Shown here: positions 28,504 through 39,200 of the stretch, in pieces
Position numbering within the stretch: the first letter of the stretch is position 1
Layout of the letters: each line of letters opens with the position of its first letter
Source of the DNA: Myxococcota bacterium
GTDB lineage: Bacteria; Myxococcota; XYA12-FULL-58-9; JABJBS01
NCBI GenBank assembly: GCA_036339465.1
Contig: JAYZAY010000067.1
Coordinates: 1 to 64,000, forward strand
Direction of reading: 5' to 3'
DNA: 64,000 nt
The notes under the pieces: generated by a model
Told to the model about the DNA's origin: nothing
Databases searched by the model: none
Seen by the model: only the letters and a program-made list of their open reading frames with translations
Translations under genes and position numbers: made by a program

Positions 28504-29052
28504 ATGGAACCGATTCTTTGGAACAACCCCACCATGGCAGAACTCTATGCAGGTCAGGGACACCTCGCACATGCCATCTGTATCTATAAAATATGTGTTG
28601 GAAACGACCCCGCCAATGATGCCTTAAAGGAGCGATTGATTCAGCTCACCCAACAATTGGCAACCAAAGGAAACGACATGGGATTCTCAGAGCTCTTAGA
28701 AGAATACTGTCAGGAAACCCCTGGCGTTCTTGGCATCTGCATCTCTGGGATGGATGGCCTATCCATCGCCTCCCACCAATTGGATGGTTTAACTGTGGAT
28801 ATTGCAGATCTCAGTACTGAATTTTCGATACTTTTTAAACAAACCAGCGAGCTCCCCTCCCTACCCGGAGGAAATTCCATTAAGAATGTGACTGAATATT
28901 CTGTCCGCTATGAAGAGCTGACGGTTGTACTCATAACCATTGACGAAAACTTCTTCGTGCTTTTGGCCCTAAGTCCGCAAGCCATTGTGGGCCGCTCCAT
29001 TCACGGAGTGAAAATGCTTTTGCCGCAACTCAAGAAACTCCTGAGCGCCTAG
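28504..29052 (+). CDS. Roadblock/LC7 protein (MglC-like) with N-terminal TPR-like extension
   Basis: Roadblock motif GMDGLSI and alpha/beta pattern from Met 28678; position between pilQ and efp; upstream in-frame TMAELYAGQGH. Confidence 0.7.
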   Translation: MEPILWNNPTMAELYAGQGHLAHAICIYKICVGNDPANDALKERLIQLTQQLATKGNDMGFSELLEEYCQETPGVLGICISGMDGLSIASHQLDGLTVDIADLSTEFSILFKQTSELPSLPGGNSIKNVTEYSVRYEELTVVLITIDENFFVLLALSPQAIVGRSIHGVKMLLPQLKKLLSA

Positions 29053-29090
29053 ACACTTTCGAACGACTCTAGCAATAGGGAGAAAAAGGC

Positions 29091-29519
29091 ATGAAAATCG
29101 GCATCATCAACGGCCCAAATCTGAACCTACTGGGATCCCGAGAGCCACAGATTTATGGAACAACCCCCCTTGAAGAACTAAACGAGGGACTCAAAACCTT
29201 CGGTCAATCGCTCAACATGTCACTCTCATTTTTCCAGAGTAATCACGAAGGCGAGCTCATTGACCATATCCACAGCCTAAGGGGTGCCGTGGATGGGCTT
29301 GTTGTCAACGCTGGGGCCTTCACCCACACCTCCCTAGCGCTCAAAGATGCCCTCGCTGCCACCGAAATCCCGTTTATTGAAGTGCATTTATCAAATATTT
29401 ATGCGCGGGAAGCCTATCGCCATCATTCCTACTTGAGCTCTATGGCTCGTGGTTGTATTTGCGGCTTCGGAATCGATACCTACAAACTCGCACTGCAGGC
29501 CTGGACATTCTTGCCGTAA
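29091..29519 (+). CDS. aroQ: Type II 3-dehydroquinate dehydratase
   Basis: NGPNLNLLGSREPQIYG, QSNHEG, NAGAFTHTS, EVHLSN. Confidence 0.97.
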   Translation: MKIGIINGPNLNLLGSREPQIYGTTPLEELNEGLKTFGQSLNMSLSFFQSNHEGELIDHIHSLRGAVDGLVVNAGAFTHTSLALKDALAATEIPFIEVHLSNIYAREAYRHHSYLSSMARGCICGFGIDTYKLALQAWTFLP

Positions 29520-29563
29520 GCGAGTCAATGCCGCCTTCGCGCAGCATAGAGGAGAACAAGAAA

Positions 29564-30127
29564 ATGCTTAATACCAGTGACTTCCGCAATGGCCTCAAGA
29601 TTGAGTACCAGGGTGAACCTTACATTATTGTTGAGTTTCAGCACGTAAAGCCCGGAAAGGGCAATGCTTTTACACGAACCAAAATTAAGAATCTCCTCAG
29701 CGGGCGGGTCCTAGACCCCACCTTCAAATCCGGGGAAAAAGTTGGAAAACCCGACATCGAAGAAAAAGATATGCAGTATCTGTATCGAGAGGGCGAACAC
29801 TACGTCTGCATGGACAACACCACCTATGAGCAGGTCGTCGTCGATCAGGAAGCAGTTGGTGATCAAGCAACCTGGCTGAAAGAAAACGACCCGGTTTCCG
29901 TGCTTTTCTGGAACGGAAGTCCCATCACGGTTGAAGTGGAAAAACATGTGGTTCTTCAAATCACACACTGCGAACCCGGAGTTCGGGGCGATACAGCAAC
30001 TGGTGCTAGCAAACCTGCCACCCTAGAGACCGGGGCTGTAGTTCAAGTTCCTATTTTCATTAATGAAGGTGAAAATATTAAGGTCGATACCCGAACCGGT
30101 TCCTACCTAGAACGCGTCAACGATTGA
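29564..30127 (+). CDS. efp: Elongation factor P
   Basis: HVKPGKGNAF, PGVRGDT, KPATLETG; GAGGAG upstream. Confidence 0.98.
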   Translation: MLNTSDFRNGLKIEYQGEPYIIVEFQHVKPGKGNAFTRTKIKNLLSGRVLDPTFKSGEKVGKPDIEEKDMQYLYREGEHYVCMDNTTYEQVVVDQEAVGDQATWLKENDPVSVLFWNGSPITVEVEKHVVLQITHCEPGVRGDTATGASKPATLETGAVVQVPIFINEGENIKVDTRTGSYLERVND

Positions 30128-30258
30128 TGCTCCTACCATAAAAACGGCAATTTTCCCGCCCTGGTACGAACCTACTACGCGTAAAACCAAAAAAGATTCC
30201 CGTAAAATCTTCGAGATCAGTGGTTTGCTTTATCCATACTTTTCAGTACTCTGGATCC

Positions 30259-31197
30259 ATGGGCAAGAGTCCGCTTGAGCAAAAGCCGGGGCACATTACT
30301 TTACCGAATACCGCCGCCCCCCCAGCCGTTTCCACCGCCGAAGCGATGGTTTGCGACACAGGCAATGTTGGAGCCATAGACAGTGGGGACGGTATCAAAT
30401 TGGATTTGCTCGGCCTCGAAGGCCTCGACGTTCAGCTAGACGACACCGATGAAACAGAGGAACCCGCAGATATCGCAGCCTATGATCTAGGAGAAGTGGA
30501 TTTCTTATCGAAACAAGAACTCTACCAAGAAGCACTCAATTTGGCACTCCACTCGGAAGACAAACATCCCGAAAATCCTGAGCTCACCCGACGTATTACT
30601 CAGACCAACCAGTCCATCGAACCAAACCCTGCTCCAAATCTCAGCCCTGAGATCACGCCGATTCAAGCATCTCAGGTGAACTTTGAAGAAGTCCTTTCAG
30701 CTCAGGCAGCCAAGTTGTTTTCTCCGTTGGCAACAGGAGAACTTCCCCCCTTGCTGGTTGCCAGTGAATTTGAAGACCTTAGACAATATTCTCCCGCCGA
30801 CATTCCCGCAGGAGATTACCGAAGCCACTACGATCTTGGCATTGCTTACCAAGAAATGGGCATGTTTAATGAAGCCATTGACGAATTTGAGCTCGCCTCT
30901 ACTTCCACCAGCTTGAGAATCGCAACCCTAATAACCATGGGACAGTGCCTCATACAATTAGATCGAACTGGGGAAGCAGTAGCGCGATTTCATCAAGCGT
31001 TGCAAACCCCGGGATTACTTCCAGAGCAACAATCGCCCATCCACTACGAATTAGGGGAGGCTTATGCCAGATTAGAAGCCTGGGAAGATGCCTACAAATA
31101 TTTCAAACGGGTAGAGGAAGTGCTGGGCAACTTTCGAAAGACCCATCATTGGCTTGCCAAAATTCAGCCGAAAGAAACTGAGTTGGCCACGGAATGA
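30259..31197 (+). CDS. TPR protein resembling the C-terminal TPR block of myxobacterial SgmX
   Basis: Acidic disordered N-half, then HYDLGIAYQEMG...AIDEF and further TPRs (HYELGEAY). Confidence 0.7.
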   Translation: MGKSPLEQKPGHITLPNTAAPPAVSTAEAMVCDTGNVGAIDSGDGIKLDLLGLEGLDVQLDDTDETEEPADIAAYDLGEVDFLSKQELYQEALNLALHSEDKHPENPELTRRITQTNQSIEPNPAPNLSPEITPIQASQVNFEEVLSAQAAKLFSPLATGELPPLLVASEFEDLRQYSPADIPAGDYRSHYDLGIAYQEMGMFNEAIDEFELASTSTSLRIATLITMGQCLIQLDRTGEAVARFHQALQTPGLLPEQQSPIHYELGEAYARLEAWEDAYKYFKRVEEVLGNFRKTHHWLAKIQPKETELATE

Positions 31198-31208
31198 AGG
31201 TGGTTACC

Positions 31209-31955
31209 TCATAGATTGGAAACACGCGCCAACCAATCGATCATCCAATCCTTTTCCCGCCACACCAACAATACCTCCACCGAATCTCCCGCCAACAAAT
31301 AGTTTGCCACCAAATTTTGCCGAGTTTTTGGGGAATTATTTAGGCCCGGCCCTGGAAAGCTCACCCGAAAAGTGCCCACTTTTTTACCTTTAAACTTAGG
31401 CGCAAGTGACAAACTTAAAACATTCAATTCCAGCTCAAGCGCCACATAGGGAAAAGCCCCTCGTCGTACGGAGCGAACCGTCGCCCGCGATAAATCCTGC
31501 TCCCGCGGTCGAGCTAATTTGGCAAAAGAGACCGTCTTTCCCACCCGAATTGACCCACCAGATTCTGACCCAGTATTGGCCGCTGCCCCAAACCCCAACC
31601 TCGAAAGCATTGTCAGGGGATCCTCCCCCGCTCGAATCATCTCTAAGTTCACGAGACGCTTCAATAAATCGCTAATCCTCACCCCTCCGATGGTCCATGT
31701 ATTTCCCTTTTGCCGTAAATAAAATTCCGATTTATCGTATTGGTCTTGAAGAACCTGAAACGTGCTTTTGGCATCGAATTCATCACTGATCACAAAGACC
31801 AATTCCTTACCCTTAATGGAAAACGATTGCACTGCCCCCGCTTGATACCCACCATCACTCAGGCGAATCAAAACGGTATCTTCCCCATAGGCTTGGGGGA
31901 GACCCAACATGAAGACTAAGAGCATAAAAAGAGAACGCACAAAAATACGAAACAC
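31209..31955 (-). CDS. Hypothetical exported protein
   Basis: Signal peptide ending QAYG; start trimmed from 32054 to avoid overlap with the divergent gene. Confidence 0.65.
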   Translation of the reverse strand: MFRIFVRSLFMLLVFMLGLPQAYGEDTVLIRLSDGGYQAGAVQSFSIKGKELVFVISDEFDAKSTFQVLQDQYDKSEFYLRQKGNTWTIGGVRISDLLKRLVNLEMIRAGEDPLTMLSRLGFGAAANTGSESGGSIRVGKTVSFAKLARPREQDLSRATVRSVRRGAFPYVALELELNVLSLSLAPKFKGKKVGTFRVSFPGPGLNNSPKTRQNLVANYLLAGDSVEVLLVWREKDWMIDWLARVSNL

Positions 31956-32190
31956 TGGACCCCCAATTTTCCGACCAACCTCCAATATACAGATACTGGT
32001 GGCCAAAACCGCTCCTAGCATTAAAGACGGGATAATTAGTACATGCGTTCCCAAAACTAAACAAGTTCATCGCACCCTGGGCCAAGCCTTTCACCGCCCA
32101 ATTAAACACGGCAAAGAAGATCTGATTGTTGCGATTCCCGCGATTTCGATGTCTATACACATAGGCTTCCGACAGAGAAACAACCAAAAC

Positions 32191-35100
32191 ATGTCCATCA
32201 CAATTGAGAACGCTAAACCAAAAAAACGATATCGACGCATTTTCTATGCCGCCCTACTGCTCGAACTCCTCTTACAAAGCCTGCTCCATGGTGGTGTCGC
32301 AATCGATGGACTTTATGACCAATTTCGCCTCCGATTAGCGGCAGAAGGAATTAGAGTCGGCGATGTCCAGTGGGATCTCACAAACTATTTGACCATTTCA
32401 GATCTTGAATTCAAAAAAGACAACTCCAACCAGAACCTCCACACCATTATACCCAAAATGGAAATCCGCTGGACCCTCTCGAGTCTCTTAGCCGAGAATC
32501 CCACCATAGAGAGTATCTCCCTGGATTCTCCCACCCTTCGCTTTATCCAAACAAACACCACTACTAACTTCAACCCCCCGACCACCGACGCACTTCATCC
32601 CCAATCAGTGCTAGAAACATTGGCCCTTCCCCTTCAACAGTTACGTCAACTCAAAAAACTCCCAGTAACCTTTGCAATTAAGCAGCTCTCTCTTCGCAAT
32701 CTGACCGTCGAAGCCAAAGCCAAAGCGGCTACTTTCACATTAAACTCCGTGGGGGTCGAATCATCTATTCGCATAACCGACCAAGAGAAATTGTTGGACC
32801 TCCGAATCTTGCCCACAGGGGACGCCACTGAATCCAAAACCCCCACCATGAGTCTCAAAACCCGCGATGGTTTATTGACCATCAAAGCCCTGCCGCATCT
32901 AATGTACCGACATAATATCGCCACCGAATTCGTCCAGATATCCCAAAAACTGGAGGGACAAGTAGCTTACCAAAATGGCGCCAATGTCATTTTCAAAACA
33001 AGCATTGATTCTACAATAAATTACAAAGACAAACTGTCTTTGAAAATCTACCCCAACTTTCAGCTTGGAAACGACTGGATAAATTTTGACGCAAAAGTCG
33101 AAACAGACATAACACCACTACAAATCAAAATTCGAAACCTAGAAATGAGTGCAAAGGCAAACTTAAATCCAGTCATCGAGACTTATCTTCCGAACGCTGG
33201 GCACAAAATGACCGGTCGCGCTCACCTCTCCGTTCAAGGCTCGGGGCACCTCTCACCACTTCTGAAGCCTAGGGCCATAAACCTTGATTTAGCGCTGAAG
33301 TCACCCCAAATCCAGATTGAAGATCCGGAGAAGACTGTACAAGTCAGCAACATTGATTTTGGGATCCACTTTAAAGAAAACCATCTTCAATCGAAACTCA
33401 TGGGCAACCTTGATCGCATCAAAACGCCCGATTTCGAAATCGGCGAAACACAATTTACGACCACCCTAAACCAACATTTTTCTGTTCTTCCCTCGAATAT
33501 CAAAGATTTCCACCCCAACGTAGAAACATCCCTAAGAATAAAACACATACGAACTCAAGACCTTCTCATTCAGAAACTCAATATCGCTCAAAGAGGTTTG
33601 CTTTGGCCCCAAGACACCACCGCCCCCTGGGTACTCACACATCCCCTCAACCATCACATCCAAGTATCCGCTGAAAAAATAGAGAATCCAAAAGCCACAA
33701 TCGGCCCCCTTTTCACCGAAACAAAAATAGAAGGCAAAAAAGGTGGCCAAAAAATCGACATTACTCTAAGCCATCCCCTCACTCATATCCGTACGAAATT
33801 CCTACAAGAGGACCCTCTCAATTTAACATCCGAGATGCGCGCGAGCATTCTCCCTGAGAAGATCTCGGTTACACTACAACTTCACGAACAAACCCTCGTG
33901 GTCAATTCTCGCCTGAATCTCGATATCGCCCACCGAAACTTCAAGCCACACACCATTGGCTCTATGAAGTTTGAATCAACCATGGATAACCTGAGCCTAG
34001 CCGCCTCACATTTTGTTCCCCCCGAAAATGGAATCATTCAAAGCGGCTCTTTAGCTATCCATATGCAACAAAAACATCCCCTAAAACTACAAGCCATCGA
34101 AGCATGGGTCGACAAATCCCCCCCCAATCAAACCACAGAAAAGATCCTTCACGGCACCTCCCTATTACGCGAACTCAGCCGATACTTTACCCTCAACCTT
34201 ACAAGCGACAACCTTGATATAGACCATCCACAAGGTAAAATCGAAGCTCTCACCTTTCGCACCTCCTTCGAAAACGCCACCCTCAAAACGGCGCTCAGCT
34301 TAACCGACATCGAAGTAAAAAAGGTAACCACGACCACCCACAAGCTCAACGCTCTAAGCCTACACTGTGACCTACGCCTCTCACCTTCCAACATTAAACC
34401 AAGTATCACTATCCAAATTGGGAATATAAAAGACCAAGCAAAAAAAGACGACCTCGGTTCTCTCGTGCTCCATTCCGGCTTCACATGGTTCGTCGGGCAA
34501 TTCCTAAACATAGACAGATTTCAACTCGAGCTTCCTGAAATCGAAGCGATGATATCCAGCAAAGGAAAAATTCTGAAGCCCCTGAAAAAGATAGAATCTC
34601 TCCAACATGGAAGGCAAATGGCTGTGCTCCCCATAGCCGATCTGGAATATTTCCTCAGTTACCGCCCTAGAGCATCCCTAAGCTATCTATCAGAACTCGA
34701 ACAATTCCGCGGAGCTCTTGAGCTTCAAGGTTCTCTATTCACCCAAGACCAAGACTTCTTCACAGAAGCCACACTCACCTTCTCTCACCTACATGCTTCG
34801 AGAACCGACATGGACCTAAAAAACCTCCATGGCACCCTTCCGGTTAAGCTCGCTTTTACCCTCGATGCAGCCCAGGGGGCTGTGCCCATCTTTGAATCTG
34901 AAAAAATGACATTATTCATCCCCAACCACACCAACAAGCAAACGAAAAGTCATATTTCCCCCAATAGTCTTTTCACTTCCAACCACCTAAACTCCCTCTC
35001 CGTTGACCACCTCAAGCTCGGCAAACTTGAAGCGAAAAATGGTTCTCTCGTGGCATTGCTCACTTCAAATGGCCTTCAGGTTCCCCAGGCCCGAGTCAGT

Positions 35101-35640
35101 CTACTCGGAGGCGATATCTGGGGGCATTTCAGTACAATCATTCAGTCCCCAGACCTCCTTGAAATCAATCTTGGGGTCCAACTCTCTGGCATTGACGCCA
35201 GTTATTTCAAAACCTTAAATCTCATTCCGGGACCAGAGTCTGCATTGAACGGCAATATGCAAATGAAACTAAGCTTGGGAAGCCACTCTAGAAATCTTGA
35301 GGCAGACTTCAACGTAACCCATATTGGCAGAAAAACCTTAGACCGCTTCTTACAAACCCTTGACCCCGAAAACAAAGACGAGAAAATCCAAAAGACCCGA
35401 AATTACCTGAGCTATCTCAGACTCAACTCCTTAAGCGCATGGATCCGCCACGAACAACTCAATATGGATTTGGATTATGATTCACTCATAGGCATCCCCA
35501 AAACGGCATTAAGCTTTAAACCAGTCCCAAACAAACTCTTGAGGCGCTACGATATTTCGGAGAATATACTCGACCAAGTTCTCCAACCAAAAGTCAATGC
35601 GTATATTGCACCACTATTCGGATGGAAAAATGAATCCTAA
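32191..35640 (+). CDS. Large AsmA-like / YdbH-like beta-strand protein
   Basis: Basic N-terminus plus single TM, then ~1100 aa of amphipathic beta strands; late LLGGDIWG motif; followed by a YdbL-like gene. Confidence 0.65.
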   Translation: MSITIENAKPKKRYRRIFYAALLLELLLQSLLHGGVAIDGLYDQFRLRLAAEGIRVGDVQWDLTNYLTISDLEFKKDNSNQNLHTIIPKMEIRWTLSSLLAENPTIESISLDSPTLRFIQTNTTTNFNPPTTDALHPQSVLETLALPLQQLRQLKKLPVTFAIKQLSLRNLTVEAKAKAATFTLNSVGVESSIRITDQEKLLDLRILPTGDATESKTPTMSLKTRDGLLTIKALPHLMYRHNIATEFVQISQKLEGQVAYQNGANVIFKTSIDSTINYKDKLSLKIYPNFQLGNDWINFDAKVETDITPLQIKIRNLEMSAKANLNPVIETYLPNAGHKMTGRAHLSVQGSGHLSPLLKPRAINLDLALKSPQIQIEDPEKTVQVSNIDFGIHFKENHLQSKLMGNLDRIKTPDFEIGETQFTTTLNQHFSVLPSNIKDFHPNVETSLRIKHIRTQDLLIQKLNIAQRGLLWPQDTTAPWVLTHPLNHHIQVSAEKIENPKATIGPLFTETKIEGKKGGQKIDITLSHPLTHIRTKFLQEDPLNLTSEMRASILPEKISVTLQLHEQTLVVNSRLNLDIAHRNFKPHTIGSMKFESTMDNLSLAASHFVPPENGIIQSGSLAIHMQQKHPLKLQAIEAWVDKSPPNQTTEKILHGTSLLRELSRYFTLNLTSDNLDIDHPQGKIEALTFRTSFENATLKTALSLTDIEVKKVTTTTHKLNALSLHCDLRLSPSNIKPSITIQIGNIKDQAKKDDLGSLVLHSGFTWFVGQFLNIDRFQLELPEIEAMISSKGKILKPLKKIESLQHGRQMAVLPIADLEYFLSYRPRASLSYLSELEQFRGALELQGSLFTQDQDFFTEATLTFSHLHASRTDMDLKNLHGTLPVKLAFTLDAAQGAVPIFESEKMTLFIPNHTNKQTKSHISPNSLFTSNHLNSLSVDHLKLGKLEAKNGSLVALLTSNGLQVPQARVSLLGGDIWGHFSTIIQSPDLLEINLGVQLSGIDASYFKTLNLIPGPESALNGNMQMKLSLGSHSRNLEADFNVTHIGRKTLDRFLQTLDPENKDEKIQKTRNYLSYLRLNSLSAWIRHEQLNMDLDYDSLIGIPKTALSFKPVPNKLLRRYDISENILDQVLQPKVNAYIAPLFGWKNES

Positions 35641-36217
35641 ATACACAATCCTAAGTCTTTTTCTACTCTCTTGCAGCTGTGTCACCATCCAAACAGTCAA
35701 CATTGGACAAAAAACATCTCTCGAGCGCCAACTTATGGGCGACTTTCAAAAACTCAATGAAGAAGAATATTCTGCCATCAGTGTTCGAAGCAAGATAGCC
35801 AAAAAAATGCGAAAGCAATTCGACACGAAATTCCGATTACTACGGGCCCGCCAGAGGCATCTATTTAACCTCGACGACCTAAATCGTTTCCTCCTTGAAG
35901 ACTGTTTAAGAGAGAAGCATGGCTGGCAGTTGGTCACCCATCACTGCGACCTCGCTGAAAAAGAGGCCGGTGCAAAAGAACTCATAGATAAACTCATTCG
36001 AGAAGAAAACACCGATCGAAACGAAATTTTTCTCTTTTTCACCCAGCGCTACAATCTAAACAGTCGCGTCGAGCTCGCCTCTCTAAAAGATGCACTCCAG
36101 AAACTCTACCTCCAGTCCTCTCCTGAGACAACGTGGTTCCAGCCCAAAGAAAACGGGGCCTGGAGACAAAGACAACAATCTCAAAAACACCCCAAACCGT
36201 TGGAAAACAAAACATGA
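35630..36217 (+). CDS. YnbE/YdbL (DUF1318)-like lipoprotein
   Basis: Lipobox LLSC; EENTDR and WFQxxxNGAW motifs resembling YdbL. Confidence 0.7.
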   Translation: MNPKYTILSLFLLSCSCVTIQTVNIGQKTSLERQLMGDFQKLNEEEYSAISVRSKIAKKMRKQFDTKFRLLRARQRHLFNLDDLNRFLLEDCLREKHGWQLVTHHCDLAEKEAGAKELIDKLIREENTDRNEIFLFFTQRYNLNSRVELASLKDALQKLYLQSSPETTWFQPKENGAWRQRQQSQKHPKPLENKT

Positions 36218-39200
36218 AGTGCAACGGTTCTGCTCACTCTCTCTTGAGCATCATACTGGCCCTCTGCGCATTCACTGGATGCAAAGACCGATTGCGCCAC
36301 CCCATTCATTTAGCACCGCCACAAAAGGATGAAAGCATCCTAAAGCACCCCCAACCTCTCCTAGAAGAATTTGGGAATCAATTTCACCCAAACGCCCATC
36401 CCACCACCCAAGATATCGTCTTTGTTTCAGACCAAAGAGGTAACCAAGACATCTATTTCTATGAGGCCCAAAAACAAACCATATCACGCCTCACCCAATC
36501 GACCGCCGATGACTTCATGCCAAGTATAAGTCCCGACGGAAACCGAATCGCTTGGGTCAGTCGCTCTGAAGATGCCAAAGGCGACATTTGGGTCATGGAT
36601 ACCAATGGCAACAACCCCACTAAAATCACAAGTGCTTCCACCAGAGACGCCTCACCTAGTTGGCTGACCAACAACCTCCTAGTCTTCGAAACTCAAAAAG
36701 GCCTAAAATCAACCGATGACACCACCGTCATGCTTTATGACTTAGCAACCCTTAAAGCATCCATCCTAAGCAATAACAGTTTCCACCCCCAGGCACAGGC
36801 ACAATCCAAGCAGGCATTATTCCTCCAAAAAAAACCGGATACAAATCACCTAGAGCTGTGCCTCTATTCCCATACAAACAAGAGAAGACGCATTTTGGGA
36901 GAAGTCCCACAACACTCCACTTCCCCCTTTTTTTTCGAAACCTCTCCTGGATCTCCAATCGCCTATGTCGGCGCCACTGTCTTTAGTTCAGACACCAACA
37001 ACGATCACAAAGTGAACACCGATGATCTGCCATCCATTTATCGTTTCACACTAAAAGAAAACAAGCTCGGAATTCCCACATTAGGACACCCCGAACCCCT
37101 AACACTTCCAACCCAAGGACTCCGAAAAGTAACAATAAGAGACACACATCTCCTCTTTTCCGTTTTTAACGGCCAAAATCTCGACATCTACCAACTACCC
37201 ATCACGGGGATTAAGTCCCCTACTGCAACCTCAACCACCCTTCTAGAGCTTTATCATCAATCGTCCGATGTTCACATACGCACCTTTATTCTGAGAAATC
37301 TCATCATAGAGCGAACCACTCAACAAACAGATGCATACCGAGAACTCGCGTGGAGCCTAGCCCAACAAGGACTCTACCTTGCAGCCAAAGAGGAAATCCA
37401 GGCCGCAATTAAACAAGTCCCGGCAACTGACCAAGACTTATTAGAACTCGCAAAAATAGACCTTAGTCTAGAGCAAGAGAAGTCGATTTCTTCTAAGACC
37501 GATGAATCCAGTCAGCGCCAAAAAGAGCATAAGCGAATGACCTTGAGCAGAGCGATCCTCGCACGTAATCAAGATTCCCCAAGAGTCACTTGCGCTGCAA
37601 AACTGGTCATAGCGAGACTTTATCATCACCAAAAAATGTTTGGAGAAACATGGGACGAGCTTCACACCCTTAGAAAAGAGAGCAAATGCTCAGACTTGCA
37701 AAGGGCGCGGGCTACAGTCCATGCCCTCGATGTCTTATTCGAAATGGGCCAAGAGATCGCCAGGTCGACACTTCTAACTGAATTAGAAAAAACCACAGGA
37801 ACTGGAGTTGATAAAGCAATCCAAGGGGAATTCAAAAAATGGGTCGACCGTTTTCTAGACAGTCATTCTGTCTTAGAGCAACTTGATTTTCTAGCTGACA
37901 GTCTGAATCACTATTTTAAGAAAGGTGATTTGCGCGCTACCCTGCTCTATCGTCGGTCGCTTATTCTCGAGGACATCAACGACCACCCACGTGCACTAAA
38001 AGACCTGGATGAAATCATAAAAATAACCAACGACAGAGAGCTCTTTTCTCGGGCTGCTATGAGACGCTTGAAACTTCACGATACAGCCAATCAAGACAAG
38101 GACCAAACCAAGGAACTCCTACGAATAATTCGAGATCCACGTCTTCTATTGGAACAACGCGGAAAGATGCTTCAGGCCATCGACAAGATCATAGGCTCGA
38201 AAGCACTAAAACTCGAACGTATTGGAAAACCCCTTGAGGCAGTTCGAGTTTATCGCTCGCTTCTCAAGGCCAACCCCCAAGATTCGAAGACCCTTCGAAG
38301 AATTCTCACATTAAGCCATACACTTGGAAAAGGGCTTCAATACACCTGGAAATCCTTGTCGCCATCGACTCTGTCCCAAGGAGTCTACCACTATGGCCAA
38401 GCCCTCATGGACTCCTTTGGGAAATTACCAAAACTCGATGGCATCGAAAAGAATATTCGAATTGCACTCGAACTCAATCCTCGAAATTTTTCCGCGCGGC
38501 TACTGCTTGGCTGGGTCTACGAGAAACGGGAAACACAAAGCCCCAATAAAGGCTGGCTCGAAAAAGCAATCGATATATACGAAACACTTCTCGAGAATGT
38601 ATCTGAAGCCAAGGCGCCCTTTATCTACGCCGCCGTCCACCAAAATCTCGGCATGGCATTTCACAGACTTGGAAAACTAGATAGGGCCTTCAAGTTTTGG
38701 CTAAAGCGTTATCAAACAGAGATTCCCTTCGACGGCCCCGAACAAAATTTGGGTTTCCTATTTACGCTAGCTCAGACCTCTCTTTCCACCGGCGAGCTTG
38801 ACGTTGGCTTGGAAATATCAAGAACGATCTTTAGAAAATCATGGTCAATCAATTCAGCCTCCTACATTCATCGAGCCGCCCTACTACAAGCCTCTCTCTA
38901 TTATGTGCAAACAGACTATGAAGCCGCTCGTTATTGGTATCGCTTTCTAGGAAATATGCTGTCGGTAAATCCTCCAATCATTGTCCTACGGGGACTTGCA
39001 CTCACAGAACAAATGCTCGGAAATTACATGGAGTCAATGCAATATTGGCGTCAACTCTATGACCGAATCGCCGAACGAAAATCCGACAAGAAAGACCCCT
39101 TGGATTCTTTTTTCGTGGTCCTCCAACCAGCGAACCCTGCAAATATCACCGCCGCTCCCTTCGGGTTTCGATCCACACACGAAAAAGCGAATGCACTTGA

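Noticed and set aside
31909..32190. Long antisense overlap of two divergent genes
   Set aside because: Downstream starts (31955 minus, 32191 plus) give proper signal/TM N-termini and remove the overlap.
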